NCBI RefSeq assembly: GCF_009914755.1
Contig: NC_060925.1
Length of the DNA stretch: 64,000 nt
Direction: 5' to 3' (one strand)
From: the human T2T-CHM13v2.0 reference genome, Homo sapiens
Part shown: in pieces, positions 53,994 through 64,000 of the stretch
Numbering within the stretch: position 1 is the stretch's first letter
Layout: the number at the start of each line of letters is the position of its first letter
Program-made: the position numbers and the translations under genes
The notes under the pieces: generated by a model
The model's database searches: none
Seen by the model: only the letters and a program-made list of their open reading frames with translations
What the model was told of the DNA's origin: nothing

Positions 53994-56456
53994 TGTATTA
54001 GGCTGTTCTTACATTGCTATAAAGAAATGCCTGAGAGTGGGTAATTTATAAAGACAAGAGGTATAACTGGCTCATGGTTCTGCAGCTGTACAAGGATGGC
54101 ACCAGCATCTACTCAAAAGCTCCCTGAAGTCTCTGGGGAGGCCTCAGGGAGCTTTTACTCATGGCAACAGCAAAGTAGAAGCTTCATGTCACATGGCAAA
54201 AGCTGGAGCAAGAGACAGGGGGAGGTGCCACACACTTTTTTAAATAACCAGATATCATGTGAACTCAAAGCAAGAGCTCACTTATCACCAAGGGGATGGC
54301 ACCAAGCCATTCATGAGGGCTCTGCCTCCATGATCTGAATACCTCCCACCAGGCCCCATCTCCAACACTGAAGACCACATTTCACCATGAGATGTGGAGG
54401 GGACACAAATTCACACCATATCATTCCACCCTTGGCCCCCAGAATCTCATGTTCTTCACACATTGCAAAACACAATCATCCCCTGCCAATGGTCCCTCAA
54501 AAGTCACAAGTGATTTCAGCATCACTCAAAAGTCAAAAGTCTCATCTGAGACAAAGCAAGTCCCTTCTACCTATGAGCCTATAAAATCAAAAGCAAGTTA
54601 TTTACTTCCAAGATACAATGGGGGTACAGGAATTGGGTAAACTTTTCTGTTACCAAAGGGAGAAGTGAAACAAAAGAAAGAGGCTGCAGGCCGCATGCAA
54701 GTTCTAAACATATCACGACAATCACTAAATCTTAAAGTTCCAAAATAATCTCCTTTGACTCCATGTCCCACATCCAGGGGGCACAATGAAGGGGTGGGCT
54801 CCCAAGGCCTTGGGCAGCTGCATCTCCATGTCTTTGCAGGGTTCAGCCCTTGAGGCTGCTCTCACAGGTTGTTGAGTTCCTGTGGCTTTTCCAGGTGCAG
54901 GGTGAAAGCTACCAGTGGTCTACCATTCTGGGGTCTGGAGGACAGTGGCTCCCTTCTCAGAGCTCTACTAGGCAGTGCACCAGTAGGGACTTTGTGTGGG
55001 GTCTCCAACCCCACATTTCCTCTTGGCACTGCCCTAGTAGAGGTTCTGTGCAAGGGCCCCACACTTGCAGTAGGCTTCTGCCTGGACACTCAGGCTTTTT
55101 CATACATCCTCTGAAATCTAGGCAGAGGCTGCCACACCTCTTTCACTCTTGCATTCTGTGCACTTGCAGGCTTAACACCACATGAAAGCCACCAAGGCTT
55201 ATGGCTTGCACTTTCTGAAGTGGTGGCTTGAGCTGTATCTGGGCCTCTTTGAGCTGAGGCTGGAGCCAGAGTGGGCCTGGGTGTGTGGAGGGCTGTTCTG
55301 AAGCTGTGCAGGGCAGCAAGGCCCTAGGCCAGGCCCAGGAAACCATTATTTCCTCCTAGGTCTAAAGGAGGGGCTGCCTTACAGATCTCTGAAATGCTTT
55401 GGAGGTCTTTTCCTATTGTCTTGACTATCTGCACCTGGCTCTTTTTAGTTATGCAAATCTCTCCAGCAAGTGGTTGTTTCACAGATTGCTTGAATTTCTC
55501 TCATCAAAAAGCTTTTCCTTTCTCTGCCACATGGCCAGGCTGCAAATTTTCCCAACTTTCACTCTCTGCTTCTCTTTTAAATATAAGTTCCAACTTTAAG
55601 TCATTTATTTGCTCCTACATCTGAACACAGGCTGTTAGATGCAGCCAGGCAATTTCTTGAATGCTCTGCTGCTTAGAAATTTCTTCTGCCAGATACCCTA
55701 AATCATCACTCTGAAGTTAAAACTTCCACAGATCCCTAGGACATGAATACAATGCAGCCAAGCTCCTTGCTAAGGCATAACATGGGTGACCGTTGCTCTA
55801 GTTCTCAATAATTTCCTCATTTTCATCTGAGACCTCAGCAGCCTGGACTTTACTGTCAATATCACTATCAGTATTTTGGTCACAAGTATTTAACGAGTAT
55901 CTAAGATATTCCAAACTTTCCCTCATTGTCCTGTCTTCTTCTGAGCCCTCCAAACAATTCTAGCCTCTGCCTGTTACCTGGTTCCAAAGTTACTTCCACA
56001 TTTTCAGGTATGTTTATAGCAGTACCCCACTCCTCAGTACCAATTTTCTGTATTAGGCAATTCTTGCATTGCTATAAAGAAATTTCTGAGACTGAGTAAT
56101 TTGTAAAGAAAAGAGGTTTAATTGGCTTACGGTTCTGCAGGTTGTACAAGCACAGTGTCATCATCTGCTTGGCTTTTGGGGAGGCCTCTGTGAGCTTTTA
56201 CTCTTGGCAGAAGGTGAAGCAGGAGATTTCATGTCGTTTAGCAAAAGCAGGAAGAAGAGAAGTGTCATACACTTTTCGACAACTAGATCTCATGTGAACT
56301 CAAAGCAAGAGCTCATTTATCATCAAGAGGATGGTGCTAAGCCATTCATGAGGGATCTGCCCCTATGATTTAAGCACCTCCCACCAGGCCCCACCTCCAA
56401 CACTGGAGACAACATTTCAGCATGAGATGTGGAGAGGACACATTCAAACCATATCA
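53994..56456 (-). mobile_element. Full-length MSTA-type MaLR provirus (LTRs 53994-54423 and 56049-56456), nested in an older MLT1
   Basis: Two direct-repeat LTRs TGTATTAGGC...ACCATATCA around MST-int sequence; perfect TSD GTCCC at 53989-53993 and 56457-56461. Confidence 0.93.
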
Positions 56457-58714
56457 GTCCCAGACTTAAGCATCTTCCTTTATGTGACTCGGCCATCTTC
56501 TAGGACTTTCTCCTCCTCAGCATAAAGTCACATGGATAGAGAAAGAGAGAGCCTGGAGAGTTGTATGGAAGATTTCGTTATGGCCCAGGTGTTGAAGTGA
56601 TGTAAATCACTTTTCCCTCATTGTATTAACTAGATCTCAGAGTCACCTGATTCTACCAAACTGCAAAGGAGACTGAGAGATATAGGCTAGGTACCCATGA
56701 AGAAAGAGAAGAAGGATTGGTAAATACATAGCAGTCATTTGTGGTATCCCAGTTTTCTTTAGATAGCTTTTTAGAATCCGAATTTCTGAGCCAAAGCATA
56801 TGCACTTTTAAAGAGTCCATGTTATTTTTATACTTTATTTTTGCATACAATGTCATATGGGAATATTGGTACAATTTCCAATTGTCGTCAACAATAGTAA
56901 CAATAAGCAATTAAGACTTATTTAAAAATTAATCAAGCTCTGTCCAAGGCTGGTATCCTCTATGAAGTTATAGTAACAGTCTAAATTTCTTCTATCTAAA
57001 AACTGATTCCCAACAGACTACATCATTCCAGGGCTGTTAAGTAGGTCATCTCTGGGGGGAAAAAACAACTACAGATGCACCCCATTCCACAGGAAATATC
57101 TTTATCTTCATTAAATCAGGGTAACAAAAAGAATGACAGGAAGAAAATTCATGAAAGAACACCCAAACCCATGAGGGAGGGAAGAGAGGAAGTGGGGGTG
57201 ACTTGCTGATCATGAAGATGGTAAAAGTGAGAATGTGGTGAGGCTATGAAGTATGCAAAGGCCACAGGTCTGCTCTACCTCTTGCTGAAAGAAATTTCTC
57301 TTTCTCCTTCAACAGGTGCCTCTTCGAATCTTTGTGATGCCTCTCAACTTCATCAAAGGTCATTTTGTAAATACACAGTTTAATTTACACAAATTTTACT
57401 ACCTGGAAGAAAATTTTCCCACATTGCCTTCATTTCTGCACTTCAAACCTTTGCTTAGGAATTTCCAGGAAAGTCTCCATACCATTGGTCAACTAGCAAC
57501 TAACTTCTCTGTGATGGGCATCAACCACTATTATGTTTCATGTCTAACACAGGAGTGCTGGACTTATAATAAGCTCCACTTATTCTATAAAGGAATATAA
57601 ATAAGAAGTGACGATGTATTTAGGGATCTAGCATCCAGATTAGAGAGAGTTAGTTGATTGGTTACTTAGGTAACAAGTGATTTCCAAAAGGAAAAGTAAT
57701 GACCTGATGGTGTGTATGTGACCAAACGTCAGGTTACCAACCATAACTGTCTGCAGCCTACATCTCAGATTTTCCAGTTTTCCCTGATGTTTGAGCCCTA
57801 GGGGTTAGTTATACTAGGAAGTCCCCAGAAGAATGAGCTCTGGGTGTAATTTTGTCACCCTGTGGCAAAAAGCGCCGTAGAAGAAATACTACATCTTCCT
57901 TCCCAGGACCGCTGTGGTTAGCCAAAACATTGCTGGCTGAAATTCCTAACTGTGGAAGAGAGTAGCAAATTAGCTAATCAGAATTGCAGATAAGGTGAAA
58001 ACAATGTGATAATTTATTATGAAGCCTAAATTAAAAAGCAGGCTATGCTAATATTAACCCCAAAATCTACTTAGCCCCTTTTCACGTTTTATTAAATCCC
58101 TTAATATCTTTCCCTGTGTAACTGTATCTCTTTTCCCTTTCTGCTTCTAATATTTTCCTTCATGTGCCTTTCTCCTTCTTTCTCCAATATTTCCATCTTG
58201 TCCACTTTTTTCTCCTCCCACTCCATCTTTAACTTCTTTATCTTCTTATCCCCCAACTGTTTTGTCCCCTTCCCAAAAGTCATTAACTGGCCTTTATCAC
58301 GATACCAAACATATTTTTAGTACTGATCATTAGTGTTAAAGACAGTCTTTAAAAATTCCTCAGTCTTAATATAAAAGTTAAAATTAATTGAATGTTTCAT
58401 ATACAAATTTAAGTAACCTAACCTCATCTGAACACTTGGTGTGCTTCAGAATTCCTTCTATTCTTTTTTTTTTTTGAATGTGAACATAAAAATCTCCTAA
58501 AGAAGACATTAAAATGCACTTGTCTGCCCTCTCCTTTCTGATTATGTAGGTTTAGAGTGGAACTGGGGACTTCTCATTTTTACCAAATATCCATAGGTGA
58601 TTCAGATATGGGTGCTCTCCAAGATCACACTTAGTGAAACTTTGCATTTTCTTATCTTTAATTGTTCTCTACACTCTCTCCCATGTTACCAATTTTAAAA
58701 TCTCTTCTTCTATT

Positions 58715-58972
58715 TTTGTTTGTTTTTTTTTTTTTTTTTTGAGATGAAGTCTTGCTCTGTGGCCAGGCTGGAGTGCAGAATACATTGTGCAGGATCTTGT
58801 CTCACTGCAGACTTCACCTCCCAGGTCCAAGCAATTCTCCTGTCTCAGCCTCCCAAGTAGCTGGGATTACAGGAATATGCCACCACACATGTTTCACTAT
58901 GTTGACCAGGTTGGTATTGAACTCCTCCCTGCCTCAGCCTCCCAAAGTGCAGACCTGAACCACCATGCCGGG
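58715..58972 (-). mobile_element. Degenerate, internally deleted Alu
   Basis: T tail, GAGATG..GTCTTGCTCTGT..CCAGGCTGGAGTGCAG...CCTCCCAAAGTGC; the middle A-rich linker is missing. Confidence 0.85.
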
Positions 58973-58989
58973 TCTCTTCTTTTCCTTAA

Positions 58990-59108
58990 CTAGTGTTTCA
59001 TTATTGGAATGCTAAGCATGTGGGAGTTATTTATATCCTACTGCTCAAGGTCATCACCAACGTCTGATTGCAAAAATTCAAAAAATTGCAACCTCAGGCA
59101 TAAATGGG
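58990..59108 (+). mobile_element. MER85 (piggyBac PGBD3-derived MITE), left TIR mostly deleted
   Basis: TAGTGTTTCATTATTGGAATGCTAAGCATGTGGGAGTTATTTATATCCTACTGCTCAAGG...GCAACCTCAGGCATAAATGGG, flanked by TTAA at 58986-58989 and 59109-59112. Confidence 0.92.
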
Positions 59109-60084
59109 TTAAACCCCAGTATTCACTATCTACAGATGACCTTGCCTGTTACTTAACAGATAACAAGGTAACTAAAGTACATTTCTTCAGTTTCCATTCT
59201 TTGAGTGTCTCTCTCTTTTTTTCTGAATCCATCCTTGCAACTCTTCTCTTTATGACAGAGGGAAGAGAACTTCCTATCCAAGGCTGACATTTTGCCCGGT
59301 ATCTTGAGACTATCTGCAATCCCATTATTCAGAAGACAACTCTCTCTCCTCTAACTGCCATCATTCTTCCTCATTCCTTCTCTCCTTCCCTTTCCCACCT
59401 TCCCCACCTTAATAATCCTTTACCTTTCTTGTTATTGTCATTCTTATTATTAATGACACAAAGATTTATTTCTCCTATGAACTGATAACCTTCTTGAGGA
59501 CAGGGCCTACATATTCCTTTTTGTATACCTACCTACAAAGCATCTAGTTCAAACGTGTATTCACAATGAGCCTCCAATAAATATTTGTTGAATAAGTGAT
59601 TAATAGTCTTCTCCCTAAAACAAAACAAAACTGAATGGGTTGCTTTGTCCTTAGGTGTGTTTCTCAAAGGAATCTTTTTTTTGAATCATAGAGATGATGA
59701 TTCCTATGTTGAATTAAGGAATTACACTAGTAGCTGGAGAGCTGGTCAGAGGCAGGAACAATCAGAAAATGTAGTGAATTTTCCCGTCCAGAATGGCAAT
59801 TAAAACTAAAATATTTAGGAACAACTTTCTCAAGAAACATGCAATATTTATATGTAGGAAACCACACTGATTGGGATATGCAAGGAACCTTGAATAAATG
59901 GAAAGTCATATTTATTCTTCTGGGAGCCGAAGGCTAAAAACTATAAAAATGTCAATTCTTTGTAAAGAATTCTTCCAACATTACTTATACTTTTGCAAGC
60001 CACTAAGAAACTCAAGGTGTGTATATTCAGGGCAACTTGAATCTATGCTCCAGAGAAAAAAAATAAAATAAAAATAAAAGAAAC

Positions 60085-61440
60085 CCAACCCAGAATATGA
60101 TAATACTTTTGATTTTCTATCATGGCCAATGGAGGGGGCAGTTTCAGAGGCTTCTGTGTGGTGTTTGCCTCTGTGCTAGTCCTTATCCCACAGATCAAGG
60201 AACCCATGGGAGGGCTCTGCCAATTACTAAGCGTGGACATTTCAATTATACACTTGAGGCCTGGGAAAATGGCCACTGGGTTTGTGAACACAACTGACCC
60301 ACTGCGGGAGATCAAGGTTAGGACTCCATTTACTACCTGGATCCCACTGACTGCTGCACTAATAGAGAAGAATCCATTGTGACACTTCCTTCAGTGTCAA
60401 CTTGTACAATTGTTTCCAGTAGTCCTTGAAATGTCTGGGTATTCTTACTCCAATGTATGGTCACCTAAGTGAAAGGCCATATGTCCCTTTGGATAAAGAT
60501 ACAGAGAATCATTATGATAAAACTTGCCATGCTATTCTAAGATTCTTCCTCATGGAGACATAGCCTCTCTTTTTAGGCACTGGGTTTAGGTCTGAAAATT
60601 GCCTGGTTCAGATCTGAATCATGACTTTTAAACTAGGGCAGGAACCCTCAGCTTCCTGATCATCCATGCTCAATTTCTTTTGGTTAAATAAGTTAAGCAT
60701 ATGCTTGTTGACTGCCCATCCATCTTGCCCATAGGAATGCTGAGTTCCATGGACAAACTCTATAGTTCTATGTAGGTCAGAGTTTTTGGATGCCACTCTG
60801 AACTTGGTACTCATTAAAATAATTCTGCCTATTTTGCTTCTGGTGGTTACATGTTGTCACTTTGTCTCTATTATTTCAGAATCTTTTTATCCCTTTGCTA
60901 CTAGAAAGCCTAGTTCTGAAACAGTCCTGGATTACAGAGAACAGCCATTGATCTTAATGATGCTAATGCCGCCTTCTCCAGCACATTCTTTATTGTTTTG
61001 ACAGTGTTCCCCAGCTGAACATAGCTGATTGGCAATCTAGCATGCTCACCACTTGGGTCTTTTAATCCCATGGCAAATCTGCATTTCTATTTCATTTAGT
61101 GTGGGCTATCAGTTTTTCCAAGCTTTCAACAGCCATTCTAGAACATACTAGTGTTGTCTCCTAGGGTCCCTGCCAGGGCATTAAATCCTGTGTCCTGGGA
61201 AAACACTCTTATATTGATAAACTCTCTTTTCCCCAATTTTATATTCTATCCCTTTGATTCAGCACCATCAGAATCCAGTCCCACATAAACTCTCCTGGCT
61301 TGTGGATTGGTGCTATCACCTAGCAGAGGATAGCCTTGGGCAAGCCAGCTCCCTTCATGAAAGGACAATTTTCACATCCACTGATTATTCTTATCTAAAA
61401 TAATTATTATTATTGTGGCTGCTCAATAGCAATTCTCTAA
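60085..61440 (-). mobile_element. Ancient ERVL-class internal fragment (gag/pro-pol)
   Basis: ORF 60043-60315(-) PVAIFPGLKCIIEMSTLSNWQSPPMGSLICGIR...KPLKLPPP...NQKYY resembles the recalled ERVL protease/RT junction (PVVISPVPECIIGIDILSSWQNPHIGSLT...WKPLELP...NQKQY). Confidence 0.75.
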
Positions 61441-61859
61441 TTCCTTTATTACTTTAGTTTATGTATCTCTAAGACCCCAAAATAACAAAACAGAGAAAAT
61501 GTAGTGACAGGTAATATTTGAAAAAAAATATAAATTATCCTCAAATGAAAAACATTACCTCTCCAGGAATCAAATTGACACAAATTAAGACAATACATAT
61601 TTCATTGGAAAAAAATTACTGTTTTTGAAAATAACATACTCAGTTTTGGCAAGGATGTAGTGAAAATGTGAATTTTTATTTCCTTGTGAAGAGAGCGTAA
61701 GTTTGCATTAAAAAATTTACTCTTTGTTTTCCAAGAAACAAACAATTCCTCCTCTAGGAATCTTCGGTAATTCCTTTTTGTCTCATTTTACTTTCTCTTT
61801 TTCTTCTTAAAGATAGAATTAAATTATACTTTGAATTAAAAGTTTTCTTAGTATCATCT

Positions 61860-62213
61860 CATCTGCCTTAGCTTGCACTGCCATACCAAATACCATAGAC
61901 TAGATGCTTAAACAACAGAAATTTATTTTCTCACAGTTCTGCAGTCTGGAAAGTTCAATATTAAGGAGCCAGTGTGGATGAGTTCTGGTGAGGACTCTTT
62001 CTTTCTGGCTTCCAGTTGGCCACCATCTCTTTGTGTCCTCACATGACACAGAGAGAGAGAGAAAGAGAGCAGGATCTTCCTCTTCTTATAAGGCCACAAT
62101 CCTATCTGATTAAGGCACCAGCCTTATTACCTGCTGAAGACCCTATGTCCAGATACATTGGGGATTTAATTTCAACATATGAATTTTGGGGAGATACAAT
62201 TCAGTCCATAGCA
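61860..62213 (-). mobile_element. MLT1A/B-like LTR
   Basis: CCATACCAAATACCATAGACT...AAACAACAGAAATTTATTTTCTCACAGTTCTG...ACAATTCAGTCCATAGCA. Confidence 0.85.
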
Positions 62214-63234
62214 TCATCTTAAAATAATTGGCTTTAAATATTTATCCTACCATTTGTATACTTACAAAGGGATTTGTGAGAAATGATATTTGTACAATGT
62301 TAACTTTGGTGATTTCTGAGTGATAAGAATTTTTTGCTTTTCGCACTTTTCTACCTTGAATGTTTTTATAAAGTTACTTTTAAAAATTATAAATGAAAAA
62401 GCAGTGTCTTTCCAAAAGCACCTTGTTTGCTACCATGTTGAGTTGAAAGTGAGGGAAGAGTTTTTCATCACCTTAAAGACTCTGATCAGTGCACTCAAAT
62501 GTCCCCACTAAACATTCCTATGAAGACTACAAGAGATAAGGGAAAAAGTATGCTATGGGAGGAATTTCTGGGGGTATAATCAGATGATTTCCTTGAAGTC
62601 TTATATAATAGCCTTTAAGTTGACTTGATTTTTCCATTTTATCCATAATATATCTGTTTGTTTCCATATAAAAAGAATATTTAAAATTACTTACTCTTGA
62701 GTAAAATTCATGTTCAAAGAAAATGTATCATTATTTATCCCAGGGCTTTAAGTGCCCCTTTTGATTCAATCAGCTTACATCTGGGGGCACTCAAATCCCT
62801 ATTTGAGAAGCATGGGCTTAATTTAATTATCAAAATTATCATTTGCCTGAACTTCTACAAATTGTAAAATACCTTCCACATAAATTATCTTACTGGGACT
62901 CTCAGCATCCTCTTTTACAAGCTCAACATACTTCACCCAGTCCTTCAGCACTGGAATCCCTCCAGACTCAGTCCTATGCTGCTTTATCATATAACTCTAT
63001 ATTCACTGCCTAGATGATTACTTTTCTTGACCATGATTCAGTTACCTATTACATTCCAGTGATACTGAAATCTATATCTCCAGAGACACGTATACAACTG
63101 TCAGCTTGACAGCACATTATGGCTGTCTAAAAATCATTTTAAACTTTAAATATCCAGTATGAAATTCATGATCTTCCTCCAAATCTTGTCCATTTCCATT
63201 CAAAAGTGCCACCACCCTTCTAGCTCTGCAAGCC

Positions 63235-63527
63235 AGAAGAAACTGGTGTAATCTCTGACACCTGAATATTTCTTACACTCCCATCTATCACAAGGTTTGA
63301 GAACATCTAAAAACACCTTCAGTTAGTTTATGTCTCACAAGTTCAGTACTGCCATCACCACACCATTCCAGTCCAAGCAGAAGAAACTGGTGTAATCTCT
63401 GATACCTGAATATTTCTTACACTCCCATCTAATATATCACAAGGTTTGAGAACATCTAAAAACACCTCCAGTTAGTTTATGTCTCACAAGTTCACTACTG
63501 CCATCACCACACCATCCCAGTCCAAGC
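63235..63527. repeat. Tandem duplication of ~144 bp within an L2-like remnant
   Basis: 63235-63378 and 63379-63527 differ by about 4 substitutions and a 5-bp indel. Confidence 0.95.
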
Positions 63528-63894
63528 TACCATAATCTTCCTGACTACTGAAATATAAATATTTAAATTTCTACTTGGAAGTCTAGCAAGCATATTAAAA
63601 AGAGGCTGTCCACCTCAACCAATTCTTTTCCCTGTCTTCTTCATGGGAAAAAGTACCACCATAAACCTAGTTCGTTAGATGAAAAATGAAGACATACTTC
63701 TGGATTCCCCACTTTATCTCATACAATATAGGTCAACACACAGTTATAGAACATGTTTATTATCACGTAAAATTATCTTTAACAGTGCTGTAGCAAGTCT
63801 TGAGATTAGATAGAAGTTTGTTCTTTTTTTAAGAATTGCTTTGGTTATCCTAGGTTCTTTGTAGTTTTGTATGAATTTTGGAATAAGATAGCCA

Positions 63895-64000
63895 ATGTCT
63901 TAATCCATTTGTTTGCTATAAAGGATCATCTGAGACTGGATAAGTTATACAGAAAAGAGGTTTATTTGACTCATGTTTCTGCAGGCTGTACAAAAAGCAT
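63895..64000 (-). mobile_element. MST-family LTR running off the right edge
   Basis: TGTCTTAATCCATTTG...GCTATAAAGGA...CTGAGACTGG..TAA.TTATA.AGAAAAGAGGTTTATTTG.CTCA. Confidence 0.75.

Noticed and set aside
60043-60382. Domesticated retroviral protease or pol gene
   Set aside because: Short, highly decayed ERVL remnant with stops and frameshifts around it.
23496-62511. Remaining 60-111 aa ORFs in the intergenic part
   Set aside because: No recognisable domains or consistent exon chain; lengths are as expected by chance or the ORFs lie within repeats.

Overview
Human (primate) genomic DNA, not prokaryotic. The only protein-coding content I can support is the last three coding exons of TYW3 (tRNA wybutosine-synthesizing protein 3) on the + strand: 4399-4470, 7939-8072 and 19807-20026. 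They splice in frame at canonical AG/GT sites and are followed by a probable ~3 kb 3'UTR. From memory the locus is chr1p31.1, head-to-head with CRYZ and upstream of LHX8. The rest is intron and intergenic DNA rich in repeats: a HERV9 5' end (LTR12, PBS, gag remnant) antisense to TYW3, near-complete THE1 and MSTA MaLR proviruses, an AluYa5 and older Alus, L1 fragments, Tigger, hAT and MER85 elements, and an ERVL pol remnant. The most unusual items are a tandem triplication of the tRNA-Arg primer-binding site, a near-perfect 38-bp x ~16 intronic VNTR, a Val at TYW3 codon 121, a MER85 lacking most of its left TIR, a CTCF motif, and repeat-poor candidate enhancer blocks. I found no convincing previously undescribed biological system. 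Repeat family names and locus context come from recognition and memory, not database searches. Boundaries of old repeats are approximate.
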